Source: an uncultured bacterium
Lineage (GTDB): Bacteria > Patescibacteriota > Minisyncoccia > Phycocordibacterales > Phycocordibacteraceae
Assembly (NCBI GenBank): GCA_947085985.1
Contig: CAMTYL010000003.1
Span: forward strand, 298,108-362,107
DNA: 64,000 bases
Direction: 5' to 3'
Shown here: piece by piece, positions 38,182 through 46,347 of the stretch
Numbering within the stretch: position 1 is the stretch's first letter
Layout: every line of letters begins with the position of its first letter
Translations under genes and position numbers: made by a program
Notes under the pieces: model-generated
What the model saw: the letters and a program-made list of their open reading frames with translations, nothing else
What the model was told of the DNA's origin: nothing
Databases searched by the model: none

Positions 38182-39098
38182 CGTACAAAGAACACAAGAA
38201 GAAGCAACAACCAAAGCATAAATGCCACCAGTAAAAGGTAGGCGCCTATTACCCGAGGAAAGAGCTTTGCGAGCACGGCCAGATAGCGCACTTCGGCAAT
38301 CTTGCTGGTAAACGGGTACCCAGCAGCATAGTAGGGCTGGTGCTTTGCTCGCCACTCGTCTACAAATCCAATAAGACGTGTTGAGTCACGCGAAAAGAGC
38401 TCCTTGAGTTTTTCGCTATGAGCGTCGTCAACCCACTCGCTTCCATTGAAATACTCAAGTGGTTGAAAATTGGTCTTATAGTTCATCCACGAGCCATACG
38501 TGACGCCGAAGTAGAGAAACGCTACTCCCGCCTTCTTAATGCGTTCTAGGAGCTCTATGTAGAGATAGATGCCAAGATGCGTGCGCGCGTAGGTGCGTGC
38601 ATATGCTTGATGCCACACATGCACCATATCTTCGTGATGAGCCTCTAGTGAATACCCCAGCAATTCGCCCTTGGCGCGATACTCAACAATATGCGTCAAA
38701 AATGGCGAGGCAAATATAGCTCGAAGTCTCTCCTGCGACATGGCCTCTTTCCCAAACCGGAACACGAAGTAGGACAGGCAAAACTGAAACGCCCCTTCCA
38801 GGTCTGTGTACGCTTCTTTTGGCACCACGACTACTTCTATACCCCCCGGAATGACTTCTTCTACTTTCCGCTTCACTCTGTTGTGATAGTGTCGTATTTC
38901 AAACTCCCCCACACGCACACGCACTCCCCGTGCCATATACATAAGGTTGTCGCTCTGGTCACGCGCGACAATTGCCGGTAAGAAGCCGCGCTTATACATT
39001 TCTGAAATACGGTCTCCTTTTTCAAGTTCTCCGTATACCGAGTACCCAAAGGAATAAAAGGCTGGATGTGCGGTCAGCTCTGCGTAAAAGACTTTCAT
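38178..39098 (-). CDS. Arginyl/leucyl-tRNA-protein transferase-like (ATE1/Bpt-type GNAT fold) with C-terminal TM
   Basis: Y..GFLP, R.VRV....F......RV.RK, LG.Y....LE......LY.G.....MNYK..FQPLE.....W. Confidence 0.55.
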   Translation of the reverse strand: MKVFYAELTAHPAFYSFGYSVYGELEKGDRISEMYKRGFLPAIVARDQSDNLMYMARGVRVRVGEFEIRHYHNRVKRKVEEVIPGGIEVVVVPKEAYTDLEGAFQFCLSYFVFRFGKEAMSQERLRAIFASPFLTHIVEYRAKGELLGYSLEAHHEDMVHVWHQAYARTYARTHLGIYLYIELLERIKKAGVAFLYFGVTYGSWMNYKTNFQPLEYFNGSEWVDDAHSEKLKELFSRDSTRLIGFVDEWRAKHQPYYAAGYPFTSKIAEVRYLAVLAKLFPRVIGAYLLLVAFMLWLLLLLVFFVR

Positions 39099-39131
39099 GC
39101 CGTTCCTTAAAGTATAAGCTATACTTTACCT

Positions 39132-39644
39132 ATGAAATATATCCGTATTATCTCTCCTAAAAGGATGGTCCAGGACTTGCGCCATGAACGAGTCGGCACG
39201 TACGAGTTCTATGCGTACACCGCCATTTTTATACTCGGCACGTTCTTCTCGCTTCTGCTGGTCTTTGGCCCTTGGGAAGGTGCAGTATTGTATCGCTCTC
39301 CCATTCTTGAATTCTTTGACCGTGTACTCGGTGGAGTAGTGACGCTCGGTAGTATTGCCCTTGCCTACTACATAAACAAGAAAGGCGACAACAAGCGATT
39401 TTGGTATCGCTACGTGTCAATCATGATTCCTATCGGAATCATCCTTGGTGCGGCAGGCTTCGTATTTTTTGCCTTTGCCGCGATTATTGGATTTATTGAT
39501 ATTGAATATTACGCATACTCAGACCTATTCCTATTTATAGTTCTGTATATCGCCGCTCTTCTGATTATCTGGGAATCAATGAAGCGTGTCTCCACAAGGG
39601 CTGACATAGAGCGTCGCAACTTCTTGCAACGACTTCTCTTCTAG
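39132..39644 (+). CDS. Hypothetical 4-TM membrane protein
   Basis: Hydrophobic segments; N..GD...F..RY motif. Confidence 0.75.
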   Translation: MKYIRIISPKRMVQDLRHERVGTYEFYAYTAIFILGTFFSLLLVFGPWEGAVLYRSPILEFFDRVLGGVVTLGSIALAYYINKKGDNKRFWYRYVSIMIPIGIILGAAGFVFFAFAAIIGFIDIEYYAYSDLFLFIVLYIAALLIIWESMKRVSTRADIERRNFLQRLLF

Positions 39645-39656
39645 AGAGAGGATTGT

Positions 39657-40625
39657 CTACAAAAGCAGGTAGCCTGTGTAGAGAACATAGAGCACCAGGA
39701 ACACTACGCCCTGCCAACGGTCAATATGACCACGCTTACCAAGAAAGAGTGCAAGAAACAGCAGGAGCGTTGCACCAACCATAACAAGCGCATCAACTAC
39801 AAATGCTCCACGCACAGGTAGTGGCGCTATTGTCGCACTTGCGCCAAGCACAAAGAGGATATTAAAGATGTTCGAACCTACGACATTTCCTACAGCAATA
39901 TCTATCTGCTTGCGCCAAGCAGCCATCGCAGAGGTCGCTAGTTCGGGTAGCGACGTACCCACCGCAACCACCGTGAGTCCTATCACGGCTTCGGATAGCC
40001 CCGCCAAGTTGGCAAGAATAACTGCCTGGTCAACCAAGATGCGTCCACCTACAACGAGCGCCGCAAGTCCGCCGATTGTGTAGAGCGTTGAGCGCAAAAC
40101 ACTCTGAGGTGCTTCTTCGGTCTCTTCAAGAGGAATCACCGAACGGTCCGCACGCACAAGTGCAACGATGTAAAAGAGAAAGATAGCGAACAGACCGATG
40201 AACGCCAGCCCATCCGTTCGTGTAATCACATTTGAAGCGCCACCATCAAGCAGTACATCACTTCCAAATACGAGTACCAAGACAGCAGCTAAAAGCGCGA
40301 ATGGAATCTCCCACTTCACCGTGCTGGACTTGACCGAGAGACTCGTGATGATGGCGGACACACCGAGCACCAGCAGAATATTCACAATGTTTGAACCGAC
40401 GACGTTCCCCACTGCAATGTCAGTTGCTCCGGAGAGAGCAGCGTAGAGACTCACCGTAAACTCAGGGAGCGAGGTACCAAACGCTACAACCGTAAGACCA
40501 ATAACAAGTGCAGGAATACCAAAGCGCCTGGCAATTGAAGAGGCGCCCTTCACGAGCCAATCCGCACCCAAGACGAGCATCACAAGCCCTACGATGAGTA
40601 GGGCGATAACGATAAGAATTTGCAT
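39657..40625 (-). CDS. Calcium/sodium antiporter (YrbG/CaCA family)
   Basis: Two GTSLPE...GNVVGSNI alpha repeats. Confidence 0.95.
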   Translation of the reverse strand: MQILIVIALLIVGLVMLVLGADWLVKGASSIARRFGIPALVIGLTVVAFGTSLPEFTVSLYAALSGATDIAVGNVVGSNIVNILLVLGVSAIITSLSVKSSTVKWEIPFALLAAVLVLVFGSDVLLDGGASNVITRTDGLAFIGLFAIFLFYIVALVRADRSVIPLEETEEAPQSVLRSTLYTIGGLAALVVGGRILVDQAVILANLAGLSEAVIGLTVVAVGTSLPELATSAMAAWRKQIDIAVGNVVGSNIFNILFVLGASATIAPLPVRGAFVVDALVMVGATLLLFLALFLGKRGHIDRWQGVVFLVLYVLYTGYLLL

Positions 40626-40714
40626 ATACGAGCCAGTATACAAGACGGAACAGACAGGTGCGGACAGTTCCAGCTATTTTTAAGTGCGGAGCCGCACAAG
40701 GCGGCATTCAGTTG

Positions 40715-40801
40715 CGGAGAGGGGGAGATTCGAACTCCCGAGGAACTTTCATCCCTGCCGGTTTTCGAAACCGGTGCATTCGACCACTCTGCCACCTCTC
40801 C
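40715..40801 (-). tRNA. tRNA-Ser(CGA)
   Basis: Cloverleaf; anticodon arm CCGGT-TTCGAAA-ACCGG; long variable arm. Confidence 0.95.
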
Positions 40802-40866
40802 AGGGCGTATTGTCCCGACATCCTAGCATTTTGGGGCATTAAAATGTAGGATGTGTCTACACAGAC

Positions 40867-40938
40867 GGTCCCATCGTCTAACGGTTAGGACGCCCGCCTT
40901 TCACGCAGGAAATCGGGGTTCGATTCCCCGTGGGATCA
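40867..40938 (+). tRNA. tRNA-Glu(TTC)
   Basis: GGTCCCATCGTCTAACGGTTAGGAC..CTTTCAC..GTTCGATTCCC. Confidence 0.95.
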
Positions 40939-41056
40939 CACTGAGACAAAATTAGGGTTGCTATACATTGGCAACCCTAATTTTGTTTTCCGGCTGTCTC
41001 TTAGGTAATGCAGTGGCTGCACTTGAACCGTGACTAGTACTTAGTACAATGTACAA

Positions 41057-41779
41057 ATGGGTTCTATTCTTCCAAGACGGATTGATCCTGCAAAGAAGTC
41101 CGAGGCATTTTCTCTTCGTCTTGCCGGTGCCAGTTATCGTGAAATCCAAAATAAGCTTGGCATTTCTTCCCGAGGCACCCTAAGCTATTGGTTCAAAGAA
41201 CTCATACTTACTCCAGAAGCACAGCAGCGCCTGGAAAAACACTCGGCCAAGGCCGCCAGAGTAGGATTCACCCAGTTTAACAAGAATAGGTCGGCTCGAA
41301 TTAAGGCAGAAGACTTGGAAGCATACCAAAGTGGAAAAGAGATTGTTGGCGTGTTAAGTCACCGCGAGCTCATGTTGATAGGCGCTGCACTTTACTGGGG
41401 TGAAGGAACTAAAAGCGGTGGTGTCAATAACACTCCTAGACTTGTTTTTACTAATTCGGACCCAAATATGATTGTAGTGTTTATGCACTTTGTGCGTAAC
41501 GGATTAAACATACCTGAAGACAAAATTTCTGGTGAGCTGCACTTGTACGAAAATATAAATCCGAATACTGCCAAGATATATTGGTCGGAAATTACAGGAA
41601 TTCCAACTAATCGTTTTTGGTTCACGAATCTTGTGAGTAGAGCTAGTCAGGGTAGACGACCCACCAATCGCCTACCCTACGGCACATTGGCAATCCGCAT
41701 ACCAGGACGATTGTACTTTGCAAGGATTCGGGGAATGATGGATGGTTTGTACGAAAGCTGTACGAATACGAGCCATTAG
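41057..41779 (+). CDS. HTH + LAGLIDADG-like domain protein, tRNA-adjacent
   Basis: N-terminal HTH (G.SY.EI...LGI.S..TLSYW); LYWGEGTK, FTNSDP, YWS..TGIP and PYGT. Confidence 0.7.
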   Translation: MGSILPRRIDPAKKSEAFSLRLAGASYREIQNKLGISSRGTLSYWFKELILTPEAQQRLEKHSAKAARVGFTQFNKNRSARIKAEDLEAYQSGKEIVGVLSHRELMLIGAALYWGEGTKSGGVNNTPRLVFTNSDPNMIVVFMHFVRNGLNIPEDKISGELHLYENINPNTAKIYWSEITGIPTNRFWFTNLVSRASQGRRPTNRLPYGTLAIRIPGRLYFARIRGMMDGLYESCTNTSH

Positions 41780-41810
41780 TGAGACTGTGTGAAATTGATA
41801 TATTATTACT

Positions 41811-42140
41811 ATGAACACTCCACGACCAGCTCCCGGTTATTACTATCACTACAAGCACGACCCGAGTGGACCTATCAATAACTACGCGTACGAGGTTATG
41901 GGTGTTGGGCACCATACTGAGGACGACTGTCGCCCTGAAGATCAGTATGTAGTGGTATACCGCCCACTGTACGAGGCGTTCGTGTACAAAAACGGAAAGA
42001 TGTTTGATATTCGCCCGCTTTCAATGTTTATGGAAACGGTTGAGAAGGATGGTGTCGTACGCGAACGCTTTACACCCATTACTGATGCAGAAACTATCGC
42101 TGCGCTCCGAGCTATTGCATCGGAAATGTACGGCCTGTAA
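41811..42140 (+). CDS. DUF1653 domain protein
   Basis: PG.Y.HYK, YEV.GV..HTE, VVYRPLY and RPL.MF.E.V....RF. Confidence 0.85.
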   Translation: MNTPRPAPGYYYHYKHDPSGPINNYAYEVMGVGHHTEDDCRPEDQYVVVYRPLYEAFVYKNGKMFDIRPLSMFMETVEKDGVVRERFTPITDAETIAALRAIASEMYGL

Positions 42141-42569
42141 TTATCCTTTCTGAAATCGTCTGTCGTGCGCGGCGTACCGTCGACGAAGCGCTCCCTCGTC
42201 TCCATACTCTACAAAATCTTTCTCGTGAGGGGCAGGCACATACCCACGCACCTCAAGATGCTCAATGGGACAAAAGTAGCTCTCGGTCTTCCCTGCAATA
42301 ACTGATGCGTAGTGAAACCAACCGTTTACATAGCCGCAGTATCCGCACCACAACCGTTCAACAAGCGAAAGATACGGCAACTTTTCTCTGTCCATAATCC
42401 GAATGTACTGAGAGCGCTTCACGTACTTCATGCCATAGAGTGGAAAACAGACACGGTGATATATCTCCACGCATATATCTGCAAACACAATGGGGACTAT
42501 CATTCCTAGAATGAACGGCGTGGAAACTGCGTGACGTAGAAACCTGAAGTGAAGCTTTTTCGTTGACAT
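42141..42569 (-). CDS. Conserved hypothetical protein (Cys-containing)
   Basis: C.YC.Y.NG.....A..TE.Y.CPI.H pattern. Confidence 0.7.
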   Translation of the reverse strand: MSTKKLHFRFLRHAVSTPFILGMIVPIVFADICVEIYHRVCFPLYGMKYVKRSQYIRIMDREKLPYLSLVERLWCGYCGYVNGWFHYASVIAGKTESYFCPIEHLEVRGYVPAPHEKDFVEYGDEGALRRRYAAHDRRFQKG

Positions 42570-42743
42570 ATCGTTTATAGTCACCCAAAAGTCTAATTAT
42601 ACCTAACGGACAGAACGACTCTCATCTGAAGAAACATCGATGATACTGTACGGATAAAACTAATTGACGATTATCTGTCAGCAGTATAATGTCCATAGCA
42701 GTACCGCGTACATTCCTCAAACAAAAAAGAACGGAACATTCCG

Positions 42744-43028
42744 ATGAAGAAGCTTTTTGTTTCTGTGGCCATTGCCGCCACGATGTTCGCCGGCGCTTCT
42801 GCTCCGGTCGCCGTCGCCCAGACTGCTCCGACGGCGCAGCTCCAGAGTGTCCAGACAATATATGGCTACCGGTGCTGGACCTACGACACCGCTGGCTACT
42901 ACTGGGCCGGATGGCACTCCAGCCTACCCCGAGCCAGGCAACTCGCGATGGCCGCCTGTCGGCAGAACCGGGGCTATGCGGCGGTGTGCTACCACGTCCA
43001 GGGGCCCTGCGAGAAGGGCTACTTCTAA
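42744..43028 (+). CDS. Small secreted Cys-containing protein (DUF4189-like)
   Basis: Signal peptide, A...AM.AC and 4 Cys; own terminator at 43040-43075. Confidence 0.6.
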   Translation: MKKLFVSVAIAATMFAGASAPVAVAQTAPTAQLQSVQTIYGYRCWTYDTAGYYWAGWHSSLPRARQLAMAACRQNRGYAAVCYHVQGPCEKGYF

Positions 43029-43074
43029 GTTCCAGACAAGAGGCTCCGTCGGTTTTCCGACGGAGCCTCGGCTT

Positions 43075-43698
43075 TTATACTATTCCGAGCTCTTCGCGAG
43101 AGAGAGCCCCGTCACGAAGCACAAGAGGTGTCTCGCCCGTGTAGAGCACGATCGTAGAAGCAAGCACTCCTTCACGGGGACCGTCATCAACCACCAAATC
43201 AACGAGCTGCGACTCTGCCCCAAGCGACACAATGATGTCAATGGGAAGACTTTGCGTCGGTTCCCCTGCCTTGTTTGCGCTGGTGGCTGTGTACGGCGAG
43301 AAAAACTCTTGTCCAAGTGCGCGTACAAAGGGGTCGTTTGGAACACGCATAGCAACCGCTCCGTTGTATACCACCGCTTCTGGAAGGTGGTCCCGCGCGG
43401 GTACGACAAGGGTAAGCGCTCCTGGTAAGTGGGTGTGTGCGAACACCGCTTGTGGCTCCGCTAGCTTTCCGTGCTCATAGAGCGCGTGCACGTCGGGCAC
43501 CACAATGGATACCGGCTTCTTTGGATCTCGTTCCTTAATTGCCCACAGGCGCTCTAGTGCGTCCTGGTTCTCGACGTCAGCCGCCAACCCATAGAGTGTG
43601 TCGGTGGGATAGAGCACAATGCCACCATGCGCGAGTGCTCGCGCAGCCTCTTTTGCTGCTTCCTCGTATCCCACGTCGCTCACGCGGACAAATCTCAT
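43075..43698 (-). CDS. tsaC: L-threonylcarbamoyl-AMP synthase (TsaC/Sua5)
   Basis: YPTDTLYGL, K.R...KP, TSAN and STIV. Confidence 0.93.
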   Translation of the reverse strand: MRFVRVSDVGYEEAAKEAARALAHGGIVLYPTDTLYGLAADVENQDALERLWAIKERDPKKPVSIVVPDVHALYEHGKLAEPQAVFAHTHLPGALTLVVPARDHLPEAVVYNGAVAMRVPNDPFVRALGQEFFSPYTATSANKAGEPTQSLPIDIIVSLGAESQLVDLVVDDGPREGVLASTIVLYTGETPLVLRDGALSREELGIV

Positions 43699-43740
43699 AT
43701 ATTGAATCGTAGCGTGGGATGCGGTATTGTGCGAGTGTTC

Positions 43741-43813
43741 GCGCGGTTAGCTCAGTTGGTAGAGCGCGTCATTGACGTTGACGATGTCGGGGGTTCGAAT
43801 CCCTCACCGCGCA
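43741..43813 (+). tRNA. tRNA-Val(GAC)
   Basis: Cloverleaf; anticodon arm CGTCA-TTGACGT-TGACG. Confidence 0.95.
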
Positions 43814-43982
43814 CAAACATAGACCCCGAAAGGGGTCTATTGTTTTGAGCGGTAGCCTGTCTGGGAGACAGGCGTGAGGGATTCGAAGACCTTGCGAGCA
43901 TACTTTGGAAGAAACTGACAAAGTATCCGCAAGGTGTACTGATCCTGTAAGGATCGAAAGCGTAATCGCTTATCCCTCACCC
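43814..43982 (+). other. tRNA-anchored structured element, copy 1
   Basis: Inverted and direct partial copies of the tRNA-Val 3' end around a core shared with 60992-61227. Confidence 0.8.
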
Positions 43983-44048
43983 AAAAAGTGCACAATCAGA
44001 TTTTTTTAGCTCTTTAGTGCTAGCCTTTTATCTAGAGGAGGAATCGCC

Positions 44049-44186
44049 ATGCGAGAATTCACTAATGTGGACCGGCTGGACATCGGCATCCACAGCAGCG
44101 GCTTACTGGTGCCAAGCATCTTCGGCGTACTGGTTGCCGCAGTTGTCCTATGGGTCGTCCTTAAGAACTTTGGACGGCGCGTATGA
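44049..44186 (+). CDS. Small membrane peptide (45 aa) MREFTNVDRLDIGIHSSGLLVPSIFGVLVAAVVLWVVLKNFGRRV
   Basis: Strong SD GAGGAGG, one TM segment and a downstream hairpin; absent from the ORF track. Confidence 0.6.
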   Translation: MREFTNVDRLDIGIHSSGLLVPSIFGVLVAAVVLWVVLKNFGRRV

Positions 44187-44283
44187 AACCGCCCCTACAC
44201 GCCGCCCCGCGCATAACGCAACGGGCGGCGTCACCTTTTCCCTGTCTCGCGAAACAGCCCTAAACGCGCTACACTCGCCCTAT

Positions 44284-45141
44284 ATGGACCGCACTGTCAT
44301 TCTCTATCATGGTTCTTGCCCAGACGGCTTTGGGTCAGCGTACGCTGCTTGGAAGCGCTTTGGCGAGACAGCAGAATACATTCCCCTTCATCGTGGCGAC
44401 CCGCTTCCAGAAGGTCTTGAAGGCGACCATCTCTACTTCTTGGATTTTACCTACGAGCAGGCAGACATGGACCACTTTGTGGCCATCGCAAAGACCGTAA
44501 CCGTGCTTGACCACCACAGTGGGGTGCAGGACGTTGTTGAGTCTATGCCTGCGTATATATACGACAACAACAAGTCAGGCGCTGGTATTTCATGGTCATA
44601 CTTTAATCCGACACTTCCGTTCCCAAAGCTTCTGGAACACATTCAAGACGACGACTTGTTCCGCTTTGCACTTCCTGACACTAAAGCGGTGCTTTCCTAC
44701 CTCACCGTGCATCCGTTCACGTTTGAGTCCTGGGACGAGCTTGCGCAGAAGCTTGAAGACGAAGCTTCTGCAGAATCATTCCTCACTACCGCTCACGCGT
44801 ATGCGCAGTACACAACCCTGCTTGCGCAGTCAGCGGCGAACAAGGCGGTACGCATTAGCTTTGAGGGATACGAGGTGATGTTTGCAAATGCTCACCCAAG
44901 CAAAGTAATGAAGTCGCTCGTTGGTAATCTCCTTGCAAAGGAACACCCGCCATTTGCACTCGTAGCGTCTGCTCACCCAAAGGGTTTTGGTATCTCCATT
45001 CGTGGGAACGGCTCTGTGAACGTGGCAAAGCTTGCAGAGAAGTACGGAGGGAATGGCCACCACGATTCTGCAGGCTTCCTCGTTCCTGCAGAGCAACCGA
45101 TGCCGTGGACACTTATTGAAGATGAAGATTCTAGCAATTGA
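44284..45141 (+). CDS. DHH/DHHA1 phosphoesterase (nanoRNase NrnB-like)
   Basis: YH..C.DG, LDF, LDHH and YGGNGH..SAG. Confidence 0.88.
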   Translation: MDRTVILYHGSCPDGFGSAYAAWKRFGETAEYIPLHRGDPLPEGLEGDHLYFLDFTYEQADMDHFVAIAKTVTVLDHHSGVQDVVESMPAYIYDNNKSGAGISWSYFNPTLPFPKLLEHIQDDDLFRFALPDTKAVLSYLTVHPFTFESWDELAQKLEDEASAESFLTTAHAYAQYTTLLAQSAANKAVRISFEGYEVMFANAHPSKVMKSLVGNLLAKEHPPFALVASAHPKGFGISIRGNGSVNVAKLAEKYGGNGHHDSAGFLVPAEQPMPWTLIEDEDSSN

Positions 45142-46306
45142 GACTAGCTGCGACGAAACCGCGGTTGCCATTCTTGAATGTAGTGGCGACCAGCACGGCG
45201 CTACCTTTTCAGTACGCGGAAATGCGCTTATCTCGCAGATAGATTTACACCGAGAATACGGTGGCGTGTACCCAGCACTCGCTAAGCGCGAACATGCAAA
45301 GAATTTGGTTCCCCTTCTTGCAAGTGCACTAGAAGAAGCAGAGCTTCTTCACGAAGACACGCAGGTCATTCCCCACAACATTCACGAGGAGCTCGTCACT
45401 ATTTTGTCGCGCGAGGGAGAGCTATTTGAAGCACTCCTTGCATTTCTAAGCTCCTGCGAGAAACCAGACATTGATGCTATTGCGGTGACCGCGGGCCCCG
45501 GCCTTGAACCCGCGCTATGGGTGGGAGTGAGTTTTGCAAAGGCACTTTCGCTAGCGTGGAGTCTGCCTATTGTTGCTACTAACCACATGGAGGGTCACAT
45601 TCTCTCCTCACTTTTAACTACTGAGGATGGCGTGACGTATGAACTACCTAAGCCTAAGCTTCCTCTGTTGGCGCTCCTTATTTCTGGTGGACACACTGAG
45701 CTAGTACTCATGAAGGACTGGCTTTCGTATGAGCTTATTGGCCAGACACGCGACGACGCCGTTGGCGAAGCGTTTGATAAAGTTGCTCGCATGTTAGACC
45801 TGCCATATCCAGGGGGGCCTGAAGTCTCACGACTTGCAGAACAAAACAGAGAGGACGCTAGCACAAATCCCTTCACGCTACCGCGCCCCATGCTGCACGA
45901 CCCGCACGCAGACTTTTCATTCTCTGGTCTTAAAACCGCAGTGCTCTACCTGACCAAGGGAAAGGAACTCGCTGATATACAAAAGCAACAGCTTGCGCAT
46001 GAGTTTGAGAATGCGGTGGGAGACGTGCTCTATGCAAAGACCCTTCGCGCACTAGACGAGACGCAGGCAAAGACTATTGCTATTGGTGGCGGGGTCTCCG
46101 CAAACACGCATGTTCGCCGCGTGTTTACTGAGCGGCTCGCGCAGGATTTGCCGGATGTGCTCCTACGTATTCCTTCAGTAGCACTCACGGGTGACAATGC
46201 CATCATGATAGGTGTCGCGGGCTATTTCCGTGCGCTCCGGCAAGAATTCACCGCCGCCGAAGAGCTTGTTGCAAACGGCAACCAGACCCTCTCACCCGCA
46301 GCCTAG
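45122..46306 (+). CDS. tsaD: tRNA N6-adenosine threonylcarbamoyltransferase
   Basis: IETSCDET, NHMEGH, SGGHT, DDAVGEAFDK and FSFSGLKT. Confidence 0.97.
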   Translation: MKILAIETSCDETAVAILECSGDQHGATFSVRGNALISQIDLHREYGGVYPALAKREHAKNLVPLLASALEEAELLHEDTQVIPHNIHEELVTILSREGELFEALLAFLSSCEKPDIDAIAVTAGPGLEPALWVGVSFAKALSLAWSLPIVATNHMEGHILSSLLTTEDGVTYELPKPKLPLLALLISGGHTELVLMKDWLSYELIGQTRDDAVGEAFDKVARMLDLPYPGGPEVSRLAEQNREDASTNPFTLPRPMLHDPHADFSFSGLKTAVLYLTKGKELADIQKQQLAHEFENAVGDVLYAKTLRALDETQAKTIAIGGGVSANTHVRRVFTERLAQDLPDVLLRIPSVALTGDNAIMIGVAGYFRALRQEFTAAEELVANGNQTLSPAA

Positions 46307-46347
46307 GAGCAAGCAAAAAAGCGCGTTTTTTGCTATATTTCCTATAT

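Noticed and set aside
40640-40714. Third tRNA-anchored element after tRNA-Ser(CGA)
   Set aside because: There are only short TCCGCA echoes of the tRNA end, and the conserved core is absent.
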